A DNA stretch of 32,000 nt from Eikenella corrodens (GTDB taxonomy: Bacteria > Pseudomonadota > Gammaproteobacteria > Burkholderiales > Neisseriaceae): assembly GCF_003990355.1 (NCBI RefSeq), contig NZ_CP034670.1, positions 535,316-567,315 on the forward strand. Direction: 5' to 3'. Positions 23,404 to 31,710 of this stretch are shown here, piece after piece. The position numbers were made by a program, and so were the translations under genes. Below the pieces are notes generated by a model. That model ran no database searches, had not been told where the DNA came from, and saw only the letters and a list, made by a program, of their open reading frames with translations. Numbering within the stretch: position 1 is the stretch's first letter; each line of letters begins with the position of its first letter.

Positions 23404-26400
23404 ATGACCGACACCGCCCTACCCGTTGATTCCGACACCCTGCCGCCCGAGGCCGAAAACGAAGCCGCCGCAGGCAGCACTCCGCCGAAAAAGCCGCGCC
23501 GTCGCTGGCTGCGCCGCCTGCTTTCCGCCTTTTTGCTGCTGCTCACGCTTTTGGTGGCCGCCGTGGTGTGGCTGGTGGGCACCGAATCCGGCCTGCGCTT
23601 CGGCATCACCAAAATCCCTTCCTGGTTTGGTGTGAACATCAGCGTGAAGGAATTAAACGGCAGCCTGTGGCGCGGCTTTCAAGGCAGCGGCATTCAGGTA
23701 GCCACCGAGGGCGCCGATTTAGACATCAGCAGCGTGGCGCTGCAATGGCAGCCGCAGGAATTGTGGCACCGGCAGCTGCACGTCAACCGCCTGGCCGCCG
23801 GCGACATCCGCATCATCAGCAAACCTACCCCGCCCAAAGAAGACCGCCCGCCGATAAGGCTACCTGAAAGCGTGGATTTGCCCTTGAGCGTGCAGATTGA
23901 GAAAATCGAAGTCGGCCGCATCCTGCTGGGCAAAAGCAACAACCCGGTGGTGGAATCCGGCGCGGTGAGCTACCGGTTCGACCACCAAAACCACCAGCTC
24001 AACATCGTTTCCCTGCGCCTGCCCTGGCACAATTTCAGCGGCAGCGCCACGCTCAACACCGCCACGCCCTTCAAGCTCGACGGCCAAATCGTGGGCAGCG
24101 GCGAATTGGACGGCAAACAGGCCGACAGCGCCGTGGCCGTAAACGGCAGCCTGCAAAGCCCCGAGCTGCTCGTCCAGCTGGACAACGGCGATTCCCACTT
24201 TGCCGTAAACGGCAAACTGCGCCCCTTCGAGCCGCTGCTCAACCGCAAAATCGTCAACCTCAACATCGACGGCCGCCAAATCAACCCCGCATGGTTTGAT
24301 CCCTCCCTGCCCGCCGCCGATTTGGTGTTCAACCTCGCACTCAACCCCGCCGAAGAAGCCGATACCCTCGCCGGCCTGCTCGAAGTGCGCAACCAAGCCC
24401 CCGCGCCCATCAACGGCAACGGCATCCCCGTGGCCGGCATCAACGGCAAGCTCAAAGTGGACACCGGCGGCAAACTGCATCTGGACAATGTCGATACCGA
24501 GCTGGCCGCCGGCGGCCGCATCACCTTCAACGGCAACATCGACAGCGCCAGCCAGAACATGGCCGTGGATGCCGCCGTGCAGCAGTTCAAACTGCAAGAT
24601 ATCCTCAAACAAAAGCTCGACCTCAGCCTAAACGGCGGCATCAAACTTTCAGGTAGCCTTTCCAGCCCGCAGGCCGATTGGCAGCTTAAAGCCGGGCAAA
24701 CCGCCACCAGCGGCACCTTCCAACTGCTCACCGACAAGACCAACCGCCAGCGCAGCATCCGCCTGCAACAAGTGAAAATTACTCCCGAAAACGGCGGCGA
24801 AATGCACGGCGAAGCCCTGCTCGAGCTCTTCCAAGGCCGCAAAATCACCGCCCGTATCGACAGCACCCGCTTCAACCCCGCCGCCGTGCTGGCCGATTTG
24901 CCGCAAGGCAGCGTGAACGGCAGCGTGAAGCTCGACGGCAGCCTGGCCGACCAGCCCAATCTTCACCTCCTGCTCGATTGGCAAAACAGCCAGCTCTCAG
25001 GCGCCCCCCTCGCCGGCAAGGCCGATTTGCGCTATCAAAACGACCACCTGCCCAAAGCCGACCTCAACCTTTTGCTCGGCCGCAACCGCATCCACGCCGA
25101 CGGCAGCTTCGGCAAAGCGGGCGACCGCCTTAATCTCGACATCGACGCGCCCAACCTCAACCTCTTCGGCTTCGGCCTCACAGGCTACCTGAAAGCCCAA
25201 GGCTTCCTCTCCGGCGACCCCGCCAAGCTTACTGCCGACCTGCACGGCCACGCCGACAGCCTCGCCGTACAAAACGCCGTGCGCATCGACCGCCTCGATT
25301 TCGACCTCAAAGGCTCGCCCGACCTCAACCAACCGCTCAACATCAAGCTCGACGGCCGGCAAATCCACATCGGCAGCACCCAAATCGACAACATCAACCT
25401 CAACGCCAACGGCAGCGGCAAAAGCCACAGCATCACCGGCAACAGCAGCCTCAGCCTCAGCGGTAAGCCCTTCCGCCTCAATCTGGCCGCCAATGGCGGG
25501 CTGAACAACGAGCAGCAATGGAACGGCCGCATCGGCCAGCTCGACATCGGCGGCGCCTTCAACCTCAAGCTGCTCAACCCCATCCAAATCGAAGCCGGCG
25601 CCAAACGCGTGCGTCTCGACAACGCCCGCTGGGCAGCCATGGGCGGCAGCCTCAACCTGCACACGTTCATGTGGGAAAAACAAACCGGCATCAGCAGCAA
25701 AGGCAACGCCGCCAATCTGCACCTGCAAGAGCTGGACAACCTGATCGGTCTAGGCAAAGACGACAAATCCGTCAAGCTGCAGCTCGTGGTGGCCGGCGAC
25801 TGGGACTTGCGCTACAGCCGCGACGCCACAGGCTACCTGAAACTCACCCAGCAATCCGGCGACGTGGTTATCCCCTATCGCCAGCAAGCGCTGGGCTTGG
25901 GCAACCTCGTGCTCGACACCCGCTTCCACAGCGGCCGCATCGACAACCGCCTCACCGGCAAAACCCGCTACGGCACGCTCGACGCCGCCGTGGCCGTGAG
26001 TCAGCAGTTCGGCAACGCCATCAGCCAAGCCCCGATCAACGGCTACCTGAAACTCGACATCCCCGAGCTCGACGCCATCCGCAATCTCCTGCCCGGCGGC
26101 ATGAGCGCCAAAGGCGCGCTCGCCATCGACACCACCGTGTCCGGCAACGTGGGCGAGCCCCGCCTCAACGGTACCGCCACCGGCAAAAACCTCTACTACC
26201 GCGACCGCAACACCGGCGTGATTTTGGATAACGGCAGCCTCAGTTCCCGCTTCCAAGGCCGCGACTGGGTAATCGACTCGCTCAAATTCACCCGCAAAGA
26301 CGGCAGCGTCGAGCTCAAAGGCCGCGTCAACCTCACCGGCACCACCCCCGATGTAGACGTCAACGCCCAGTTCACCCGCTACCCCATCCTCGACAACCCC

Positions 26401-27300
26401 AACCGCAAGCTCACCCTCAGCGGCAACAGCCGCTTGCTCTACAACCCCGGGCGCGGCATGGCGCTCAACGGCGGGCTCAAAGTAGACAGCGGGCACTTCG
26501 GCTTCCAAAAATCCAGCATGCCCGGGCTGGATGACGACGTAGTGGTGCTCGGCGAAGAAAAACCCGCCGAAACCACCGCCGCCACCCCCATCGAGATGAA
26601 CCTCACCCTCGATTTGAACGACAACTTCCGCTTCAGCGGCCAAGGGCTGGATGTGTTGCTCGGCGGCCAGCTCACCATCAGCGCCAAACCCAAAGAGAAC
26701 CTGCGCGCCGTGGGCACGGTAAACATCGTGCGCGGCCAGTATAAAGCCTACGGCCAAGACCTCGTCATCAACAAAGGCCACATCTCCTTCGTCGGCCCCA
26801 TCGCCTCGCCCAACCTCAACCTGCGCGCCACCCGCAAATATTCCCCCGTGGGCGCCGGCGTGGAAGTACTCGGCAGCCTCGACAACCCGCGCGTGAGCCT
26901 CGTATCCAGCGAGCCGATGAGCGACAAAGACAAACTCTCCTGGCTCATCCTCGGCCGCGCCAGCAGCGGCAACGAAAGCGACGAAGCCACCGTGGCCGCC
27001 GCCGCCGGCGCCTTCCTGGCCGGCAACATCAACGACAAAATCGGCCTCCTCGACGACTTCGGCATGACCACCCGCCGCACCCGCAACACCCAAACCGGCG
27101 AGCTCAACCCGGCCGAACAAGTCATCACCTTCGGCAAACGCATCACCAACGAGCTCTATCTGGGCTACGAATACAGCGTAACCAGCGCCAACCAGGCCGT
27201 GAAGCTGATCTGGCAGATCAACAGCGCCCTTCAGGTCATCAGCCGCGTCGGCACCGATTCCGTGAGCGGCGAAGTGCGCTACACCGTCCGCTTCGATTAG
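23404..27300 (+). CDS. tamB: Translocation and assembly module inner-membrane subunit TamB
   Basis: 1298 aa. N-terminal TM anchor (LLSAFLLLLTLLVAAVVWLV), a long beta-rich repetitive body and a TamB/DUF490-type C-terminus. Its ATG directly abuts the tamA stop (TAAATG). Confidence 0.9.
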   Translation: MTDTALPVDSDTLPPEAENEAAAGSTPPKKPRRRWLRRLLSAFLLLLTLLVAAVVWLVGTESGLRFGITKIPSWFGVNISVKELNGSLWRGFQGSGIQVATEGADLDISSVALQWQPQELWHRQLHVNRLAAGDIRIISKPTPPKEDRPPIRLPESVDLPLSVQIEKIEVGRILLGKSNNPVVESGAVSYRFDHQNHQLNIVSLRLPWHNFSGSATLNTATPFKLDGQIVGSGELDGKQADSAVAVNGSLQSPELLVQLDNGDSHFAVNGKLRPFEPLLNRKIVNLNIDGRQINPAWFDPSLPAADLVFNLALNPAEEADTLAGLLEVRNQAPAPINGNGIPVAGINGKLKVDTGGKLHLDNVDTELAAGGRITFNGNIDSASQNMAVDAAVQQFKLQDILKQKLDLSLNGGIKLSGSLSSPQADWQLKAGQTATSGTFQLLTDKTNRQRSIRLQQVKITPENGGEMHGEALLELFQGRKITARIDSTRFNPAAVLADLPQGSVNGSVKLDGSLADQPNLHLLLDWQNSQLSGAPLAGKADLRYQNDHLPKADLNLLLGRNRIHADGSFGKAGDRLNLDIDAPNLNLFGFGLTGYLKAQGFLSGDPAKLTADLHGHADSLAVQNAVRIDRLDFDLKGSPDLNQPLNIKLDGRQIHIGSTQIDNINLNANGSGKSHSITGNSSLSLSGKPFRLNLAANGGLNNEQQWNGRIGQLDIGGAFNLKLLNPIQIEAGAKRVRLDNARWAAMGGSLNLHTFMWEKQTGISSKGNAANLHLQELDNLIGLGKDDKSVKLQLVVAGDWDLRYSRDATGYLKLTQQSGDVVIPYRQQALGLGNLVLDTRFHSGRIDNRLTGKTRYGTLDAAVAVSQQFGNAISQAPINGYLKLDIPELDAIRNLLPGGMSAKGALAIDTTVSGNVGEPRLNGTATGKNLYYRDRNTGVILDNGSLSSRFQGRDWVIDSLKFTRKDGSVELKGRVNLTGTTPDVDVNAQFTRYPILDNPNRKLTLSGNSRLLYNPGRGMALNGGLKVDSGHFGFQKSSMPGLDDDVVVLGEEKPAETTAATPIEMNLTLDLNDNFRFSGQGLDVLLGGQLTISAKPKENLRAVGTVNIVRGQYKAYGQDLVINKGHISFVGPIASPNLNLRATRKYSPVGAGVEVLGSLDNPRVSLVSSEPMSDKDKLSWLILGRASSGNESDEATVAAAAGAFLAGNINDKIGLLDDFGMTTRRTRNTQTGELNPAEQVITFGKRITNELYLGYEYSVTSANQAVKLIWQINSALQVISRVGTDSVSGEVRYTVRFD

Positions 27301-27311
27301 CCGCCGTCCGG

Positions 27312-27338
27312 CCAAGCCGCCGCAGGGTTTCGGCTTGG
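27312..27338 (+). terminator. Hairpin downstream of tamB
   Basis: CCAAGCCG (27312-27319) / CGGCTTGG (27331-27338) with an 11-nt loop. There is no clean T tract. A reverse DUS follows at 27359-27370. Confidence 0.4.
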
Positions 27339-27758
27339 ATAAAGTTTCAGGCAGTCGTTTCAGGTAGCCTGAAAAGCAGCTGCCCGATGGCAGATAAAGT
27401 TTTGCCGCAATCCTTATTCCCAACAGCCCCAAAGTCCCCTCTCCCCATGGGAGAGGGTTAGGGGGAGGGAAACCGTTCAAGTTTCGGCAAACGCTGCTAT
27501 TGGATTGAGACTTTGCCCTCCCACACGGGGAAGGAGGTGGATTGCGGGGAAATTGAGAATACGTGCGTACTGCACACACCCTGCATACAGGCTACAACTT
27601 GTTATGTTTACTTATTGAGAAAAATGGGGATGACGTATGGAAAAAGAAATTTCTTTTTTGTTATCAAGTTTATCTGATAACGAAATACATCAAATTTGCG
27701 ATCTCCCTAGGAATGCTGTCCTTCTTCTCTTAAATGAAAAAAGTTAGATGATTTTATA

Positions 27759-28538
27759 TTGGAGAGATTACTGAGAGCATTAAAAAGTTGGCATTCCGCC
27801 AAGAATAGGGCTGGTAATAAATTAAAGATCAAACTATTACCAGATAAAAAACAATATAAAAAAATGGAACTAATGTTCTCTACTTTAGAAAATATTTCCT
27901 CTCTTCTTAAATCATCCGAGTCTGAAATTATTTCATATGAAGGAGCTAAACTTTACCTATTGAGTAAGTTTAAAGATATAGTATCAATACTTGATAGAGA
28001 AAATAAAGAGAACTTTATACATCAGATAAATCATTTCATCCCATATTGGCTTATATATAGAAAAGCTCCAACTAATTTTTTACTAAATAGAAAAATTCTT
28101 ATTGAAAAAGAAAAATTCTTTTTTTATATTGATGGACTAAATCCGATCCTAATGGAAAGCCTAAACTTTATACAACAGGAAAAATTAAGAAAATGTAAAG
28201 CTGTAAACTTAATCAAGCTGGAAAATAATTTTTTCATTGAACTTGATGAAGTAAACATGATTTCCAATCAAGCCAAAATGGCAAATACAAAAATTGCAAA
28301 TGGAGGACATTCAAATGAAAAACAAGAGTATGCCAAAGAAAAATATGGTAATAATAAAATAAATAATAGAACTTATAATAAATTATCAAATTCAGAAAGC
28401 TATCAATTTCTTAATAAAATGAAAGAGTATATAAACTTTATAGAAAAGGTAAATCGAGCATTTGTACGCCCAGACTTTGATCGATTAGAAGGCTGGCATA
28501 CCCAGGGAGGTTTACCCACCTTAGGAAAACGTAGATAA
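27759..28538 (+). CDS. Orphan AT-rich ORF (259 aa); probably the frameshifted body of a longer XRE-HTH protein starting at 27637
   Basis: The ORF has a TTG start in the track and very low GC, and I recognise no family. An upstream 36-aa ORF (27637-27747) joins it through a -1 shift in an A6 tract (27737-27742) to read ...LSDNEIHQICDLPRNAVLLLLNEKKLDDFILERLLRALK, an XRE-type HTH pattern. Confidence 0.5.
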   Translation: MERLLRALKSWHSAKNRAGNKLKIKLLPDKKQYKKMELMFSTLENISSLLKSSESEIISYEGAKLYLLSKFKDIVSILDRENKENFIHQINHFIPYWLIYRKAPTNFLLNRKILIEKEKFFFYIDGLNPILMESLNFIQQEKLRKCKAVNLIKLENNFFIELDEVNMISNQAKMANTKIANGGHSNEKQEYAKEKYGNNKINNRTYNKLSNSESYQFLNKMKEYINFIEKVNRAFVRPDFDRLEGWHTQGGLPTLGKRR

Positions 28539-28668
28539 ATCACTAAAATTTCATCAATACTATTCAATTAAGAGATTCATCCATACCCAAACATACCGGC
28601 TAAAAATCCATTTTTATCATCGAAATAGCCCTCATCGCTATTGGACAAGCTTACGAAATTGACTACTC

Positions 28669-28835
28669 CGACGCACAGACTGCGTAGGTTGGCTTAGCCG
28701 CAGGCATAGCCAACCAATAAATCTTAGACAACCTTGGGTTACGGTTTGCACCCTAACCCAAGCTATGGCTACTCAAAAACGAAACTAAAAACCCGGCAAC
28801 CCGAAACCCGCCGTAGTCAGGCATTTATGCCCGAC
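28669..28835 (+). repeat. Cluster of REP-like hairpins
   Basis: Four elements: ACGCA-cagac-TGCGT; GTAG-GTTGGCT...AGCCAACC (28684-28715); CTTGGGTTA...TAACCCAAG (28733-28762); GTAG-TCAGGCA-ttta-TGCCCGAC (28813-28835). Confidence 0.5.
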
Positions 28836-28845
28836 AGCATCATTT

Positions 28846-28881
28846 TTCAGGTAGCCTCTCCCTACTCAAAGGCTACCTGAA
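28846..28881. repeat. Inverted DUS pair upstream of waaA
   Basis: TTCAGGTAGCCT (28846-28857) and AGGCTACCTGAA (28870-28881). Confidence 0.85.
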
Positions 28882-28896
28882 ACCCTTTATCCAATC

Positions 28897-30165
28897 ATGC
28901 TCCCCGCCCTCTACCGCCTGCTCACCCGTCTCCTCGGCCGTCCGCTGGCCCGCCATCTGCTCGCCAAACGCAGCCGTCGTTCCCCCGCCTATCTGCTGCA
29001 TCAATGCGAGCGTTTCGGCGAGCCGCTGGATAATCCCGTGCAGCACGCCATTTGGGTGCACGCCGTGTCTGTGGGCGAAACCCGCGCCGCCGTGCCGCTG
29101 GTGCGGGCTTTGCGCCGCCGTTTTCCCGATGCCCCGCTGCTGCTCACGCAAATGACGCCCACCGGCCGCGCCACCGCCGAGAGCCTGTTTCCCGATGCCC
29201 AATGCCGCTACCTGCCCTACGACCACCCGGCTTGGACAGCCGCCTTCCTCGCCCAGCATAAGCCGCGTTTCGGCATCATCATGGAAACCGAAATCTGGCC
29301 GAACCTGCTGGCCGCCTGCCGCGCGGCCGATCTGCCCGTATTCCTGGCCAACGCCCGCCTCTCCGAGCAATCCGCGCAGGGCTATCGACGCTGGCCGTCC
29401 CTGTTCGCCCCCGCCCTGCAATCCTTCCGCCGCGTGCTCGCCCAAACCGAAGCCGATGCCGAACGCCTGCGCGGCATCGGTGCGGAAAACGTGCTGGTGT
29501 GCGGCAACACCAAATACGACATCGCCCCGCCCGCAGCCATGCGCGAGCTGGCCGCAGCGTTTAAGCAACGCATCGGCGGCCGACCCGTGGTGGTGTGCGC
29601 CAGCACGCGGTTTCATCAAAGCCAAGACGAAGCGCTGCTGCTGCTGCAAGAGTGGCGGCAGTATCGCGGCGATGCGCTTTTGGTCATCGTGCCGCGCCAT
29701 CCCGAGCGCTTCGATGCCGTGGCCGAAGGCGCGGCGGCGCTCGGCCTGCGTGTGCAGCGGCGCAGCGAGGAAGCCGCCGTGTGCCCCGACACGCAAGTGT
29801 GGCTGGGCGACAGCATGGGCGAGCTGTTCGCCTACTATCTGGCCGCCGATATAGCCTTTGTGGGCGGCAGCCTGGTGGACACCGGCTGCCAAAACATCAT
29901 CGAACCTATCGCCTGCGGCAAGCCTGCCCTGTTCGGCTATTCCACCTACAACTTCGCCGCCGCCTGCGCGGGCGCATTGGCCGCCGGTGCCGCGCTTCAG
30001 GTCGCCACCCCCGCCGAATGGTATGCCGCCGTACAACACTGGCTGGCGAACCCCGCCGAACGCGAACGCTTCTCCGCCCAAGCCGCCGGCTTTATCCAAG
30101 CCCACCAAGGCGCGAGCGAACGGATTGCCGAAGCCGTGTGCGCGGCTTTGGAAGAGGCTACCTGA
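28897..30165 (+). CDS. waaA: 3-deoxy-D-manno-octulosonic acid (Kdo) transferase
   Basis: 422 aa, collinear with E. coli WaaA/KdtA (HAVSVGETRAAVPLVRALRRRFP, METEIWPNL, ANARLSEQS, VPRHPERF, GDSMGEL, AFVGGSL). Its last codons and stop lie inside a DUS (30155-30166). Confidence 0.93.
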   Translation: MLPALYRLLTRLLGRPLARHLLAKRSRRSPAYLLHQCERFGEPLDNPVQHAIWVHAVSVGETRAAVPLVRALRRRFPDAPLLLTQMTPTGRATAESLFPDAQCRYLPYDHPAWTAAFLAQHKPRFGIIMETEIWPNLLAACRAADLPVFLANARLSEQSAQGYRRWPSLFAPALQSFRRVLAQTEADAERLRGIGAENVLVCGNTKYDIAPPAAMRELAAAFKQRIGGRPVVVCASTRFHQSQDEALLLLQEWRQYRGDALLVIVPRHPERFDAVAEGAAALGLRVQRRSEEAAVCPDTQVWLGDSMGELFAYYLAADIAFVGGSLVDTGCQNIIEPIACGKPALFGYSTYNFAAACAGALAAGAALQVATPAEWYAAVQHWLANPAERERFSAQAAGFIQAHQGASERIAEAVCAALEEAT

Positions 30166-30389
30166 AAACGGAGCGAAGCGAAGTTTCTGCGAAGCTAAAA
30201 CGCCAGCTGCAACGAAGTTAAAACCATTCCACGCATATCCTACTCCTGTAGGCTGCGTTGGCTATTGCAGATACAAAAAAGGATACGATGAATTATCAAA
30301 AGCTAAGAATGGACAAGATGCTGAGAGAATATTAAAAGAACTTGGAGCATATTTTCGCAATATTCGTAGTGTTTGATTAAGGTTTAATC

Positions 30390-31493
30390 ATGGAAGAATT
30401 ATCAGACAAAATCAGAGAACTGGTTTACAAAGACAACGCAGCCGAACTGGATAAAATCCTGGAAAAGCATTCATATTTCGCTTTCCGCAATTTTCTTTCC
30501 AAAGGTTTGCTGCAATTTGCCGCAGGGGAGAATGCGTTAAATATCTGCAAGCTGCTGCACTCAAAAGGTATTTCTCCGGAGGATGTGGCAGGACAGCTGC
30601 AAAATACCGCCTTGCAGGAGGCGGTTAGCTACAATCATCCCGCTGTATACCGATGGCTTTTGAGTATCGGGGCAAATCCCAACGGCAATGTTGCCGCCCT
30701 TGCGCCCGCTATCGACCCGGCTGTTGTCGATAACAATAGCGCGGCGGTAAAGGCGCTTTTGGAAGCAGGGGCAGAACCGAATTTTCTCTATTCCGCCAGA
30801 AACTGTACGCCGCTGGATGTCTGCCTTGCCTTCGGACATACCGAATTGGCGGATTTACTGAAAGAATACGGCGCAGTACAGGCTAGGATTCCGTTTGATT
30901 TCTCAGAATATGAAAACAGCGGCGTACTGGATCATATCCATACCCATGTCGGCAATATTTTGAATATCGAATTTGCCGTAAATCCGGAATATTCGCTGCG
31001 GCTGGCAACCATTAGAAGAGACAGGGACTTCAAACTTCTGTTTACCAACGGGCTGTATAAAAGACAGCCGCGTTATGAACTAATGGTCTGCATCGACTAC
31101 CAATGGCCGGTAAACCAACGCCTGATTCCGGAAAACAATCCCTATGCTTTTTTCATGCTGATTTTGGAAAAGATTGCAGGCTGCCTGAAAAACGATACGC
31201 CCAAAGAAGGCATGATTTTTGACCGTTCCGATTTTGACTCTATTCTTTGGCCAAGCAATATGGATGGACTGATGCTGGTAGATTACCAATTTGAAAAAGA
31301 TACGGATAATCAGACAGAGGATGAAGACGTAACCCTATGGCTGCTAGTGCCTTTTTCCCACCTGCTACCGAAAAATACCGAGAAACTCATCGCACGGTAC
31401 AAGGTGGCCAAATGGAAAAAAGTCGGCTACCGATGGCAACGGGACAATACGGCCACCGTGATTCCGGCTTTTCCGGAAAAGCTAGAAGCGTAG
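30390..31493 (+). CDS. Ankyrin-repeat / SUFU-like domain fusion protein (polymorphic-toxin immunity-type)
   Basis: 367 aa. The N-terminal ~165 aa contain ankyrin repeats (TALQEAVSYNHPAVYRWLLSIGANPN; TPLDVCLAFGHTELADLLKEYGA). The C-terminal half has a SUFU-like pattern (VLDHIHTHVGNI..., LLFTNGLYKRQPRYELMVCIDYQWP, WLLVPF). GC is lower than in the neighbours. Confidence 0.6.
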   Translation: MEELSDKIRELVYKDNAAELDKILEKHSYFAFRNFLSKGLLQFAAGENALNICKLLHSKGISPEDVAGQLQNTALQEAVSYNHPAVYRWLLSIGANPNGNVAALAPAIDPAVVDNNSAAVKALLEAGAEPNFLYSARNCTPLDVCLAFGHTELADLLKEYGAVQARIPFDFSEYENSGVLDHIHTHVGNILNIEFAVNPEYSLRLATIRRDRDFKLLFTNGLYKRQPRYELMVCIDYQWPVNQRLIPENNPYAFFMLILEKIAGCLKNDTPKEGMIFDRSDFDSILWPSNMDGLMLVDYQFEKDTDNQTEDEDVTLWLLVPFSHLLPKNTEKLIARYKVAKWKKVGYRWQRDNTATVIPAFPEKLEA

Positions 31494-31534
31494 TAAGTGT
31501 AACCTGTGCGCCCCGCACGAACGCGGTTTCAGTT

Positions 31535-31569
31535 TTCAGGTAGCCCATTCCCCCTTCAGGCTACCTGAA
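31535..31569. repeat. Inverted DUS pair
   Basis: TTCAGGTAGCCC (31535-31546) and AGGCTACCTGAA (31558-31569). Confidence 0.85.
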
Positions 31570-31632
31570 AAACTGTAGATCGGCTTGCCGCCTGGTTGAA
31601 AGTTCGGTCGGTTTGCCATAAGCCGGGCAAAA

Positions 31633-31687
31633 AAGCTGCCTGAAAACGGATGCCGCAAGTTTCTGCGGGTTCGTTTTCAGGCAGCTT
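31633..31687. terminator. Hairpin from a variant DUS pair (AAGCTGCCTGAA / TTCAGGCAGCTT), downstream of the nitroreductase gene
   Basis: AAAAAAGCTGCCTGAAAACG...CGTTTTCAGGCAGCTTTTT has perfect arms and A/T runs on both sides, so it could act as a bidirectional terminator. Confidence 0.6.
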
Positions 31688-31710
31688 TTTGCGTTTAAAG
31701 GCGGGGCTGC

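Noticed and set aside
27436-27525. GC-rich palindromic motif CCCCTCTCCCCATGGGAGAGGGTTAGGGGGAGGG, with a distal complementary GCCCTCCC.
   Set aside because: It resembles a widespread class of GC-rich palindromic intergenic repeats. There is only one copy in this window and I can infer no function, so I left it unannotated.
25750-27579. Very long ORFs antisense to or overlapping real genes: 25750-27579(-), 21721-23379(-), 17674-18822(-), 15531-16787(+), 19083-20267(+), 28873-30108(-), 14261-15112(+), 51-413(+), and many shorter ones.
   Set aside because: High GC content suppresses stop codons in non-coding frames. Their translations are Arg/Ala/Gly/His-rich low-complexity strings with no motifs, and each overlaps a gene with clear family signatures on the other strand or frame.
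27496-28645. 9-bp direct repeat GCTATTGGA (27496-27504 and 28637-28645) flanking the AT-rich island, as a possible insertion scar.
   Set aside because: A 9-mer match between two ~200-bp search windows is expected by chance at an appreciable rate, and there are no inverted repeats or recombinase to support it.
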